Shown: positions 11,145-21,166 of the stretch, piece by piece
Layout: each line of letters begins with the position of its first letter
Position numbering within the stretch: position 1 is the first letter of the stretch
Assembly (NCBI GenBank): GCA_963733635.1
Contig: CAVTEH010000005.1
Span: 760-64,759, forward strand
Reading direction: 5' to 3'
Source of the DNA: an uncultured Actinomycetota bacterium
Lineage (GTDB): Bacteria; Actinomycetota; UBA4738; HRBIN12
DNA length: 64,000 nt
Position numbers and translations under genes: made by a program
Notes under the pieces: generated by a model
The model's database searches: none
Told to the model about the DNA's origin: nothing
Seen by the model: the letters and a program-made list of their open reading frames with translations, nothing else

Positions 11145-11486
11145 ATGACGAAGTACCTGATCTCGTTCCCGAGTGGTGCTATGGACGTCTCCGCCGAGGA
11201 TCTGCCGGCGGTTTCGGATGCTGCGCACGCGGTGGTGCAGGAGGCGAAGGACGCCGGCGTCTGGGTGTTCGGCGGTGGGATCGACGAGAGCGTTCCGCCC
11301 GTCCTGGTCGACGGCGATGGCAGAGTGACCGAGGGCACGTACCCGCAGACGAAGCAGCTCGAAGGCGGCTACTCGGTGCTGGAGTTGCCCACCCGCGAGG
11401 CGGCGCTGGAATGGGCTGCGAAGATCGCGGTTGCCTGCCGGTGCGCGCAGGAGGTGCGCGCGTTCATGTTCGACCCTGCCAGCTGA
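11145..11486 (+). CDS. YciI family protein
   Basis: AKDAGVWVFGGG, GGYSVLELPTREAALEWAAKIAVACRCAQEVR. Confidence 0.85.
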   Translation: MTKYLISFPSGAMDVSAEDLPAVSDAAHAVVQEAKDAGVWVFGGGIDESVPPVLVDGDGRVTEGTYPQTKQLEGGYSVLELPTREAALEWAAKIAVACRCAQEVRAFMFDPAS

Positions 11487-11502
11487 TGGCTGGGCGTGGC
11501 GG

Positions 11503-11862
11503 CTAGGGCTTCCCGGCGGTTTCGGCGAGCCGCGTCTTGACGACCGCCTTCACGAGCCTCACTGGCAGGCGCGCGCCGTATTCGAAGCTGATCGTGCCCT
11601 TCCCCGTCACGAGATCGCCGAGCTCGTCCCGGTGCGCGTCGATCGCCGCGGGGCTCATCGGGAAGAAGCTGTAGTGGCGCTCGAACCCCATGTAACCGAC
11701 CAGACCGCGACCGTCGACGAGGAACCCCGGCATGCCGTAGGTGATCCCTTCTTCCGCTCGAGGCGCCGCTGCTGCGATCGTCTCACGCAGCTTCTGCAGA
11801 CGGGCGCGGCGCGACGGCTCCAGGCTCGAGAGGTAGGCCTCGACACTCACCGGCTTCTCCAT
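11503..11862 (-). CDS. DUF1801 (YdhG-like) protein
   Basis: SVEAYL...LRETIAAAAP.AEEGITYGMPGF...GKGTISF. Confidence 0.85.
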   Translation of the reverse strand: MEKPVSVEAYLSSLEPSRRARLQKLRETIAAAAPRAEEGITYGMPGFLVDGRGLVGYMGFERHYSFFPMSPAAIDAHRDELGDLVTGKGTISFEYGARLPVRLVKAVVKTRLAETAGKP

Positions 11863-11873
11863 GGGCACCGAGC

Positions 11874-12227
11874 CTATCCGCTCAGTGACGGTTGATCGTC
11901 GTCTCGTTCCAGGAAGGCCTTCAGGCCTTGCAGACGTCGGTCCCAGTTGGCACCGATCGCGCGCATCCAGGTCTCGGCCTCGGCGAACGGCCGGGTATCG
12001 AGCTCGAACCTAGTCTCGCGCCCCACGCGTTCGCGGGTCGCGAGTCCTGCGTCGGCGAGCTCGAGCAGATGCTTGGAGGTCGCCTGCCGGCTGATGCCGA
12101 TTCGAGCGGCGAGCTGGGTCGCGGTGAGCGGACCGTCGGCGGAGAGCTCGTAGACGATGCGCCGACGCATGGGGTCGGCGAGCGCGGCGAACACCGCGCC
12201 GGCGTCGTCCCCACGGTCGGCCATCAT
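11874..12227 (-). CDS. ArsR/SmtB family transcriptional regulator
   Basis: VFAALADPMRRRIV...SRQATSKHLLELADAGL...GRETRF. Confidence 0.9.
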   Translation of the reverse strand: MMADRGDDAGAVFAALADPMRRRIVYELSADGPLTATQLAARIGISRQATSKHLLELADAGLATRERVGRETRFELDTRPFAEAETWMRAIGANWDRRLQGLKAFLERDDDQPSLSG

Positions 12228-12244
12228 CGTCCCGGTCGAACGGC

Positions 12245-12683
12245 TCAGTGCCGCGTCTTGAGCGTCGTGAGGTACTCGACGAGCTCTCCGAGCTCGCTCG
12301 TCCACCCTTCGACGTTATCGGCGCGGTTCTGGGCGGGCAGCTGTGCGAAGCCGCGCTCCACGACGGTGAGCATCGTCCCCGCGCCGTCGGCCATGTCGGC
12401 CAGCGTGAACTCGACGGTCGTCGCGGGGTAGTCGTCGCCCGCCGGGTGCCAGCGATACACGAGTCGGTTGGGGGGGTCGATCTCGTCGAATCGTGCCGGT
12501 GGCGCTCATCTCGCCCCAGTCCAGGTAGAGCTCGCCGCCTGGCCGCAGATCGACACGGGCGTCCTTCGTGGGGAACCAACGCTTCAGTTGGTCGGCTTCG
12601 GTGAGCGCCGCCCACACCCGCTCACGCTCGACCTCGATCGTGACTTCCTTGCGGATCTCGTCGGGAACCGGTGTCGTGCTCAT
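12245..12683 (-). CDS. SRPBCC (AHSA1-like) domain protein (one frameshift)
   Basis: ERVWAALTEADQLKRWF...DLRPGG...TTVEFTL...GTMLTVVERGF...GWTSELGEL. Confidence 0.85.
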
Positions 12684-12728
12684 GGGGCTCCTCCCTCTCG
12701 TTCGGTGCGCGGACCGTGTCTCGGAACG

Positions 12729-12779
12729 CGCAGCCATTCGGTTGCGCATAGGATACGCAACCAAACGGTTGCGCGTCAA
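12729..12779 (-). promoter_or_regulatory. Promoter (TTGACG-N18-TATCCT) with two palindromic operators
   Basis: CGCAACC-AAAC-GGTTGCG at 12756-12773 fills the spacer exactly; second copy CGCAGCC-ATTC-GGTTGCG at 12729-12746. Confidence 0.7.
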
Positions 12780-12980
12780 GCTCGGCCAGAACGTGAGCGA
12801 GTCGGCGAATCAGGTCCGAGTCTCGCACTTGCGGAACGGGGCGCTGGAGCAGGTCGCGAGATTGATGTCTTCAAGCTCTCCTGAAGCCCGGAGGCCCGAG
12901 GATGGATCGACTCAGTCTCGCCTTTCACCTTCGGTACACTTCCCCGGCGTTCCTGACCTGCGGAAACGAGGCCATCACCT

Positions 12981-14576
12981 ATGTCACGAGTCATCTTGAT
13001 CGCGTGGGACGGCGCCGACTGGCGCATCCTCGACCCCCTGCTCGAGCAGGGCGCGCTGCCGAACCTGCAGGCGCTCATCGACCGGGGGCAGAAGGACGTC
13101 CTGCGCTCCACCGTTCCCACGCACAGCTGGGCCGCCTGGCCGTCCTTCCTGACCGGTGTGGACCCGGTGGACCACGGCGTCTACGACATCCTGGAGACGG
13201 TGCCGGGCACCCACAAGGCCTACCCGGTCACGTACAAGTCGATCAAGGTGCGCACGTTCCTGGATGACCTGACCGCGGCGAACAAGCAGCAGCTGCTGCT
13301 GGACGTGCCGCTCACGTTCCCACCGCCCGACCTGACGGGGAACCTGATCGCGGGCGGCGTGCTGCCGAAGGGCCGCAGCCGTCAGCCAGCCCGCCGACCT
13401 GCAGGAGACCCTGTCCAAGGCCGGGCACGAGTGGCCGATCAACGGCATGAGCTGGACCACCTACCACAACAAGCCCGACGCTTACCTGGACGAGGCCTTC
13501 GAGGTCACCGGCAAGCGCATCGAAGCGAGCAAGTGGCTCATGGACAACACCGACTGGGACCTGATGGCAAGCGTCTGGGTTTCGATCGACCGCACCGCAG
13601 CACTGCCTTTCCAACTACATCGCGCCCGATCATCCCGACTACGTGAAGAACAAGGACACGCGCATCGGCAAGAAGGTGGCCGACATCTTCCGCCAGACCG
13701 ACGACGCGATCGGCGCGTTCGTCTCGCGAGCGCGCCCCGACGACATCATCCTGTTCATCAGCGACCACGGGTTCCAGTCGTGCACCCGCGCGATCAATAT
13801 GGACAGCATGCTCCACGAGATGGGCTTCCTGGAGTTCAGCGCCTCCAACGCCTTGTTCGGTCCCATGCAATGGGGCCCCGTACGAACGGTGGCGCGCAAG
13901 GTCTACGACACCCTAGGCTTGCACGGGAAGGTCTCGCTGCCGCAGTCGGTGAACTGGTCCAAGACGAAGGCCTTCACCACGATCCGCTCCACCGGTGAAG
14001 GTGTCTCGATCAACCTGGCGGGTCGCGAGATCGACGGCGTGGTGGACCAGGGCGACTACGAGAAGGTGCGCGGCGAGGTCATGGACCGCCTGGCCTCCTA
14101 CGTCGATCCCAAGACCGGCACGAAGCCGATCGAGAGCATCGCCAAGCGCGAGGAGGTCTTCAAGGGTCAGCTACGCCGACTCGGCGCCCGACATCATGAT
14201 GGTGCCCGCCGAGGGCTACTCCCTCACCCACGCGAAGAACGCGATCGAGGACGCCGATTGGGTGAGCGGCGACCACCGCCTGGAGGGCACGATCGTGGCG
14301 GTCGGCCCCAACGTGAAGCCGTTCGAGTCACCGCCCGCCCTGATCGACATGGCCCCGACGCTGGTGGCGGCGTTCGATGCGCCGACGGCGGTCAAGCCTT
14401 CCGGTCGCGTGTTGCACGAGATCGTGGGTTCCGAGGCCGCCCTGACCGAGCGCCAGCCTGCCGAGGTCTCATCCGCCGGCGCCGGCATCCCAGGCATGGG
14501 CAACGAGGCCAACGTCACCGACACCGAGGCCGACGAGATGGAAGAGCACCTGCGAGGCCTGGGCTACATCGAGTAG
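12981..14576 (+). CDS. Alkaline phosphatase superfamily (type I phosphodiesterase/nucleotide pyrophosphatase-like) protein; several frameshifts
   Basis: LIAWDGADW, STVPTHSWAAWPSFLTG, SDHGF, GDHRLEG, C-terminal EEHLRGLGYIE. Confidence 0.85.
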
Positions 14577-14603
14577 CGGGTCACGCCGCCGGTCGACATC
14601 GCC

Positions 14604-15060
14604 TCAGGATCCGCCGATCGCTCCAACGATCCCCTCGACGAACCGCGGCACGGCCGAGCCATCGGGGTCGTGGTCGGGGTTGAGCTCGCAGACCGTGAGG
14701 GACGCGATGGCTGGGTGGGTGAGGAGCGCCCCGAGCGCGGTCATCGTTGCATCGAACGAGAGCCCCTCGTTGCAGCCCACGTTCTCTTGCAGGGGAAGGT
14801 CTACGAAGTCGATCACATCGACGTCCAGGTGCACCGCGATGTGGTCGACGTCGCCGGCGAAGGTGTCGAGCGCCCGCTCGGCCGATCCTGCCGGATCGGC
14901 GGCGACCTCTTCCACAGGAGTCCGGCGGATCCCGTGCGCCGCGATCCGCTCACGTTCGTGGTCGTGTCCTTGGTCGCCGTGGCCGAAGAGCCAGAGCTCC
15001 TCTGGCCGCAGTAGCGGCGTTCGGGCGAACGCCTTCGCCAAAGCGGGCTCGGCGAGGTCG
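14604..15060 (-). pseudogene. C-terminal half of an arginase/ureohydrolase family protein
   Basis: AVHLDVDVIDF, GLS, LTVCELNPDHD; no N-terminal half or start upstream of about 15060. Confidence 0.7.
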
Positions 15061-15062
15061 GC

Positions 15063-15188
15063 CGCTGGCTCTTCTACGACCACTCGAGGAACCGGTCCCG
15101 CACCTGGTGCACGATGGACCTCTGCGGCAGCCAGGCGAAGATGCGCACGTACCGCATCCGTCAGGCGGCCGTTCGTGAGCGTTCGTGA
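15063..15188 (+). pseudogene. C-terminal fragment of a CGNR zinc-finger (ABATE) protein
   Basis: Hand translation RWLFYDHSRNRSRTWCTMDLCGSQAKMRTYRIRQ; N-terminus absent. Confidence 0.75.
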
Positions 15189-15278
15189 AGACCCTTGTGG
15201 TGGTCGACTGGTTTGCCCGGTTCCGCTCCGAGAGCTAGCGTGCGATCGTTGCCGGCGAACGGAGGTCACGTGCGCGCC

Positions 15279-15794
15279 ATGAAGGTCCTGGGAGCAACGT
15301 TCCTGGTCATCGCCTCGCTCGTGCTGGTCCCGGGTGCTGCCTTGGCCTTGCCCGCGTGCACGATCACCGGCACCAACGGGCCGGACAACCTGCACGGGAC
15401 GTCGGGTCCCGATGTGATCTGCGGCAAAGGTGGGGCCGACTTCATCCTCGCGAGGGACGGCAACGACGTCGTGATTGGCGGGGGAGGCGTCGATCAGCTC
15501 TACGGCCGAACCGGCAACGACAGGATCTTCGGGGGCACCGCGGGTGATCGCATCTTCGGCGGCGACGGCAACGATCGCGCCTTCGGCGCTTCGGGTCGCG
15601 ATGTCGTGATCGGACAGACGGGCAGAGATCGGGTCTTCGGCGGCGCGGGGAACGACGTCTGCGTGTCGGCGGTCGATGGGCGGTCAGGCGACCGCGTCGA
15701 CGGCGGACCGGGCGTGGACACGGGATCCGGGGACGACGGGGACATCATCGATTCCATCGAGGACCTGGTCACGTTCCTCTGCTACGGCGGATAG
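15279..15794 (+). CDS. Secreted calcium-binding protein with RTX/hemolysin-type GGxGxD repeats
   Basis: Signal peptide, then ACTITGT and repeated GGxGND/GxD nonapeptides. Confidence 0.85.
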   Translation: MKVLGATFLVIASLVLVPGAALALPACTITGTNGPDNLHGTSGPDVICGKGGADFILARDGNDVVIGGGGVDQLYGRTGNDRIFGGTAGDRIFGGDGNDRAFGASGRDVVIGQTGRDRVFGGAGNDVCVSAVDGRSGDRVDGGPGVDTGSGDDGDIIDSIEDLVTFLCYGG

Positions 15795-15811
15795 AGCTCT
15801 CGAGGGCCAGA

Positions 15812-15863
15812 GGGCCGGGACAAGCCCCGGCCCTACATGCTCGGGGCAAGCCCCGGCCCTATA
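15812..15863 (-). repeat. Tandem GTAG-type REP-like palindromes
   Basis: Minus strand GTAG-GGCCGGG-GCTTGT-CCCGGCCC (15812-15836) and a partial second copy (15843-15863) between convergent genes. Confidence 0.55.
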
Positions 15864-15875
15864 TGCCTGGCGCTG

Positions 15876-16196
15876 TTACATCACTTCCATGATCTCGTGG
15901 ATGGTGATGTTGGCTCCGCCGTCCAGGACGGGGCAGTCCTTGGACAGGGCCACCGCGTCGTCGAGCGATCCGGCCTTCAGGAGCGTGTAGCCCGACACGT
16001 TGACGGCTGGGCCGTCGACTGACGGCTCCGTCGCCGGCGATCGATCTTGGCCTGTCCGCTGGTCGGGTTGCCTGGGTCCTTCACCGCGGAGCCCAGCGCT
16101 CGTGAACCACGAGGTCCACGCGTCCATGACCTGCTTCTGCTCCGCCTCGGTCTCGGGCATGGATCCGCCCTGGTAGAGCAACAGATAGTCGCTCAT
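15876..16196 (-). CDS. YciI-like protein (one frameshift)
   Basis: MSDYLLLYQGGSMP...MDAWTSWF...SGYTLLKAGSLDDAVALSKDCPVL. Confidence 0.8.
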   Translation of the reverse strand: MSDYLLLYQGGSMPETEAEQKQVMDAWTSWFTSAGLRGEGPRQPDQRTGQDRSPATEPSVDGPAVNVSGYTLLKAGSLDDAVALSKDCPVLDGGANITIHEIMEVM

Positions 16197-16229
16197 CGGT
16201 CCCTCCCTCTCGTCGTGCGCGGCACCTCG

Positions 16230-16751
16230 TCAGCCGCGCTTCAACCCTATGACGAACGAAGGATGTCGGTTTTCGACATGGACTGGTCCCGGTGAGGCGG
16301 CACCGCCGAATCGTTCGCCGAACACGTATCCCCACCCTGGCTCGTAGCCGTCGCGCAACACTTGGCCGAGGTCGGCGCCCAGCGCCTCCCAGCCTCGATG
16401 TTCCAGGTCCACGCGCGTTCCACCATCCGCCGCTGCGGAGAACGTGACCTCGACCTCGGTGAACGGACGCTGCTCTCGGCTGGGGTTCCAGTCGAAGGCG
16501 ACACGATCCGGTGGCTCCCAGACCAGCACGTGGCCCCAGGTGCATTCCTCCCCTGTGGAGAGCACCTCGATGATGTGGCCACCCTGGCGCTCCTCGAACA
16601 CGAGGCGCTCGGTCTTCGCGTCGCCGCCGTCGTCGGCTGCGATGCCGTGCGTGTCCACGGGCCACCACGAGCCCATGCCGGTGGTGAACAACCTGAACGC
16701 TGCCTCTCGTTCGATCTCCACTGTGATACTTCGTCGAACCGGTTCGATCAT
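16230..16751 (-). CDS. SRPBCC domain protein
   Basis: EAAFRLFTTGMGSWWP, WEPPDRVAFDW, TEVEVTF, GTRVDLEHRGWE. Confidence 0.9.
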   Translation of the reverse strand: MIEPVRRSITVEIEREAAFRLFTTGMGSWWPVDTHGIAADDGGDAKTERLVFEERQGGHIIEVLSTGEECTWGHVLVWEPPDRVAFDWNPSREQRPFTEVEVTFSAAADGGTRVDLEHRGWEALGADLGQVLRDGYEPGWGYVFGERFGGAASPGPVHVENRHPSFVIGLKRG

Positions 16752-17065
16752 GGCTTGCTCCTTCCTCGCGATGAAGGCGTCGCCGGTGTCGCTGCCGCGG
16801 TCGCGAATGCGGCGAGGGCGTCGTCCCAGAACCCTTCGACGTACCCGCGAAGCGCATCGAGACCCCCCGGGTCAACAGCGTAGAGACGGCGCCGGCCATC
16901 GGCTCGGTCGGTCACCAGGCCCGCGTCCTTGAGCACGCGAAGGTGCTGAGACACGGCCGGGCGGCTGACGGGCAGCTCCCCGGCCAGCTCCACGACCGCC
17001 CGCGGGCCGTGCCGGAGCATGTCGAACACGCGGCGCCGCGTTGGATCGCCGAGGGCGTCGAGCAT
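16748..17065 (-). CDS. ArsR/SmtB family transcriptional regulator
   Basis: LDALGDPTRRRVF...SRPAVSQHLRVLKDAGLV...GRRRLY; GGAGGTG RBS; ATGA overlap with the SRPBCC gene. Confidence 0.9.
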   Translation of the reverse strand: MLDALGDPTRRRVFDMLRHGPRAVVELAGELPVSRPAVSQHLRVLKDAGLVTDRADGRRRLYAVDPGGLDALRGYVEGFWDDALAAFATAAATPATPSSRGRSKP

Positions 17066-17102
17066 TTCACCTCCGGTGACCTTCGGATCGCGTGCATCGA
17101 CG

Positions 17103-17120
17103 GGTAAGTTACCACTTACC
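17103..17120 (-). promoter_or_regulatory. Palindromic operator upstream of arsR-SRPBCC
   Basis: GGTAAGT-TACC-ACTTACC (7-4-7) overlapping a TAACTT -10-like hexamer on the minus strand. Confidence 0.65.
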
Positions 17121-17266
17121 ATTCAGAATGCAAAGGGAGCGTTGGGGGTGCCCCGGCCGCCTGTTCCGAATGGTGGAACTCTGTTCCAGATATCGGAACA
17201 GGCACCCGGGAGGAGGAAGCGGTCGGCGCTCGTACGATGTGGCATCAGTACGGACAGGAGAGGCAG

Positions 17267-17627
17267 ATGCACGGGACGTCGACCAGCGCGACCACTCCGA
17301 GGAGTACATCGCCGAGCTCGAGCAGCCGCGCCGCGACCAGATGCGGAATGCTGCGGATACGGCTCCATGCACTACCGCTACGCCTCAGGTCGCGAGGCGA
17401 CTGCGCCGATCATCGCGCTCGCCAACAACAAGCGTTCGATCTCCCTCTACTTCAACACCCAGGCACCCGATGGTGGCTACTTTGCGGAGTCCTACCGCGA
17501 CCGACTCACCGGTGCGGACGTCGGCAAGGGCTGCGTACGGTTCACGAGGCTCGACAAGGTGGACGCAACGATCCTGCGAGAGATGGTCGAGTCTGCAGCG
17601 GCCTCGACGGTCAATCCGCGTTCCTGA
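17267..17627 (+). CDS. DUF1801 family protein (frameshifts, possible short internal deletion)
   Basis: EEYIAELEQPRRDQMR, GYGSMHYRYASGRE, KRSISLY, GKGCVRFTRL. Confidence 0.7.
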
Positions 17628-17829
17628 TCGCGGCGATCAGGGGTCGCGCCAAGCGGTAGGTCGCGTAGGCGAGCAGCACGAAACCCAGCGCCGCCTCGAT
17701 CTGCTCCTGCGTGAAGCGAGTGCGCTTGGCCACCGGCTTCGCGATCGCGCGGCCCGCGGCACCCCGCCAGCCCGTCAATGCCGCCTCTCCGATGGTCACC
17801 ATCCGTCCGTTCGAGCCCGAGTTCCCCAT
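17611..17829 (-). CDS. Small hypothetical membrane protein
   Basis: 72-aa ORF with AGGA RBS and one hydrophobic helix (IEAALGFVLLAYATYRLA). Confidence 0.5.
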   Translation of the reverse strand: MGNSGSNGRMVTIGEAALTGWRGAAGRAIAKPVAKRTRFTQEQIEAALGFVLLAYATYRLARPLIAAIRNAD

Positions 17830-17846
17830 GGCTGTCCTTGCTTCCT

Positions 17847-18250
17847 TCATCTGCTGCCGTCGAGCGGCGCCTCGACGGTCACCGTGTGCAGGTCCTCACG
17901 GATCGCGTCCAGGCCGACCGCGTCGCGTCCTCGGGTGCCGCCAGCTCAGCGAGTCTCCCCGACCTTCCATCAGCCGCGCGATGCGACCCAGCTCAGTCCG
18001 GATGCGCTCCTCCAGATCGGCAGCCGCGCTCGGGTCTGCAGGCGCGTCGGCGATCAGCGTCATGAAGGTCCCATCCTGCGCGTCGGGCGCGACCAGGACC
18101 AGGGCACGACCGCCTCGCCAGTCCTGCGCCAGGTCGTCGACCAGGCTCGAGCCCTTCGACCTTCGCGATGTGATCGAACACCACCTCCGGCGGTGCGTCC
18201 GCAGGCACGGTCACCTCCACCTGCGCGAGCGGGACCCCTTCGTCGGTCAT
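17847..18250 (-). CDS. Hypothetical protein (frameshifted)
   Basis: ATGA overlap with the upstream Rieske gene; MTDEGVPLAQVEVTVPADAPPEVVFDHIAKV start. Confidence 0.45.
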
Positions 18251-19101
18251 CCGCCCACCTCGACCTTCCCGTCCCGGATGCCGCACGCGATAGGTCGGCT
18301 GCGGGGCCGTGGCCGGGCCTCGTTCGATCCGCCATCGGCCAGCCGGAAGCAACTCCCGTGCCACGGGCATACCACGGTGTTGCCTTCCAGCGTGCCCTTG
18401 TGCAGCGGCCCGCCACGGTGGGTGCACTCGTCATGCAGGGCGATGAGCTGCCCGCCTCGCTTGAGCACCATGACAGGGACGTCTCCAACATGGACCAGGG
18501 TCGGCGTGCCTTCCTGCAGATCGTCGGCGTCCATGACCGCCTGGTACTTCGTGGGCACCTTGTCGAAGGCGGTGACGTTGACGCCGACCCCTTCGCGGTA
18601 GACCAGATGTCCGCCAAGGGAGGCGGTGACCGACGCCACGCCCGCGCCCATCATGCCCAGGATGATGCCGAGCCCTCGGTGGCCGCGCCGGCGCGCCAGC
18701 CACGAAGCCCCGAAGATCGACGGTCGCGGTGGTGTTGCCGAGCGCGTGCGCCACCCCCACACGCCGCTGCCGCCGGTTGGCGATGTCGACCCATTCCGAC
18801 CAGCCGGTGAGCGCGGTGGGACCCACCGACAGCACTCCCAGGCCGATGAGCTTCTGCGCGGCGGGGGCGGCGCGTTCGCCGCCGACGAGGTCGAGCAGCG
18901 ACGCGCTGGTCCATGCCCCGATGGTGGCGTCGGTCAGGACGGGGTGCAGCGGGTGGCCCTGCCACGTGCCGCTGAGCAGATCCTTGACCGGCCCCGTTCC
19001 CAGTCGCTCGGCCAGCGGGGCGAGCCTGTTCGCTACCTCGTCGAGGCGTGGGCCAAACGCTCCACCATCGAGATGGGCAGATCACCGAGCGAGGTCATCA
19101 T
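18247..19101 (-). CDS. DUF2231 membrane domain plus Rieske [2Fe-2S] protein (frameshifts)
   Basis: GTWQGHPLHPVLTD, LGGHLVY, CTHRGGPL and CPWHGSCF Rieske boxes. Confidence 0.85.
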
Positions 19102-19225
19102 GCGGGCGCTCTACCCACCATCGGCAGCTCCGAACCGGACGTTCGCGAGGCATGACCTTGGCGCTTTCGGGGAAGGGAACGAGACAGCGCCGGCCGTCCC
19201 GCCGGCGGAGAGAGAGAGGAAGTCG

Positions 19226-19635
19226 ATGCCGAAGAGGAAGAAGGTCACCAAGCCGGTCGTCAAGGCCGGGAAGAAGGTGCTCGCCACCGACACCGCGCAA
19301 GGCATCATCGGCGCCGTGGTCGACAAGGTGGAAGAGATCGCCGTCGACAAGGCCGATGACGCCGCCAAGGCGGTCAAGGGCAAAGCTGCGAAGGTAGCGA
19401 AGCCGCAAGCCGGCCGGAGCGAAGACGAAGCGCGCCAGCACCCGCCCGGCGAAGAAGAGCGCACGCCAAGAAGTCGAGCCCGCCAAGAAGAGCCGTGCCA
19501 AGAGGTCGACCGCGAAGCGGCACCGGCCAAGAAGAAGACGACCGCCAAGAGGTCGAGCGCGCAAGAAGACCGACGGCGAAGAGCGCCGCAAGAAGAAGCG
19601 CCGCCAAGAGGTCGACCGCCAAGCGGCGTTCCTGA
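19226..19635 (+). CDS. Lys/Ala/Arg-rich histone H1-like protein (frameshifts in repeats)
   Basis: MPKRKKVTKPVVKAGKK start; DNA repeats of GCCAAGAAG/GCCAAGAGG encoding PAKK/TAKRS-type units. Confidence 0.6.
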
Positions 19636-19661
19636 CGGGAGCGTTGGTAGGGTTCCGGGAG

Positions 19662-20201
19662 ATGTCGTCCCCGGACCCCGTCAGCGACCCGCTGGGATAC
19701 CAGCAGCATCTGCTCGGGTTCCTCGGCGATGACGACCCCGGCCGAGGTGCAGGCCGCCACCCCGGACGCGCTGCGGTCGCTGATCGCCGAGGCCGGCGAG
19801 GACCTCCGGTCCGCACCGGAACCCGGGGAATGGTCGGTGTTCGGCTGTCTCGCGCACGTGGTCGACGCCGAGCTGGTCATGAGCTGCGCGGTATCGATGG
19901 GTGATCGCGCACGACGAGCCGCCGCTGCTCGGCTACGACCAGGATCTGTGGGTCGACCGGCTGCACTCCGCCGAACGATGGCGCCGCCGAGAGCACCGAC
20001 GATCTGCTCGCGCTCTTCGTGCCGCTGCGTGAGTCCAACGTCGCGTTGTGGAAGCGCACGCCCCCCGAGCATCGTGCGCGGGTGGGCATGCACGCCGAAC
20101 GGGGGCCGGAGAGCTACGACCTGGCGTTCAAGATGATCGCGGGCCACGACCGGTTCCACCTGGCGCAGGCCCAACGAGCACTCGACGCCGTCGGCGGCTG
20201 A
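19662..20201 (+). CDS. DinB family protein (frameshifts)
   Basis: GEWSVFGCLAHVVDAE, GYDQDLW, MIAGHDRFHLAQ. Confidence 0.85.
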
Positions 20202-20206
20202 CGGGT

Positions 20207-21166
20207 ATGACCGAGCCCGCGATCGTCGTCGAGGGCCTCGTCAAACGATTCGACGACGTCGTCGCTCTCGACGGTGTCGATCTGGAAGTTGCGCGAGGGG
20301 ACCGTGTTCGGCCTGCTGGGGCCCAACGGCGCCGGCAAGACCACCGCCGTCCGGGTGCTGGCCACCGTGCTGCAGCCCGACGCCGGGCGCGCCAAGGTGC
20401 TGGGCCACGACGTCGTGAAGGAACCCGACGCCGTGCGTCGGCGCATCGGCATGGCGGGTCAGTTCGCGGCCGTCGACCCCAACCTGACCGGCAGGGAGAA
20501 CCTGCAGATGGTGGGCGTGCTGGGGCAGCTTCCTCGACCGGCCATCGCGCCCCGCGCCGACGAGCTGCTCGGTCGGTTCGAGCTGCAGGACGCCGCCGAG
20601 CGGCCGGCCCGAACGTACTCGGGCGGCATGCGGCGCCGCTTGGACATCGCGGCGTCGCTGGTGCCCCGGCCGCCGGTGTTGTTCCTGGACGAGCCCACGA
20701 CGGGCCTGGACCTGACCAGTCGCAATGAGCTGTGGGACATGATCCGCGAGCTGGTCGCCGACGGCACCACCGTCCTGCTCACCACCCAGTACCTGGAGGA
20801 AGCCGATCAGCTCGCCGGGCGCATCGCGGTCGTGGACGGAGGCAAGATCATCGCCAGCGACACGCCGAGCGCATTGAAGTCGCAGCTCGGTGACACGGTC
20901 GTGGAGCTGGGCTTCGTCGACGAGGCCACCGCCGAGCGCGCCCTCGTGCTGCTCGGCGAGGGCATCCGAGGCACGGTCGAGCGCGAGGGAAGCTCGCTGC
21001 GCGTGTCGTCCGATCAAGGTCCGCACGTGCTGGTGGAGGTGCTGCGTCGCTTCGACGGCGACGACATCGAACCCGCCACCCTGGCGGTGCGCGAGCCCAG
21101 CCTGGACGACGTGTTCCTCACGCTGACGGGGCGTCATGCCGAGCCCGACGAGAGAGTGCTGCGTGA
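20207..21166 (+). CDS. ABC exporter ATP-binding subunit (DrrA-like)
   Basis: GPNGAGKTT, YSGGMRRRLD, LFLDEPTTGLD, LTTQYLEEAD, PSLDDVFL. Confidence 0.9.

Noticed and set aside
19440-19625. Short repeated units as a CRISPR or tandem DNA array
   Set aside because: They are codon-phased Lys/Ala repeats within a protein, with no repeat-spacer structure and no cas genes
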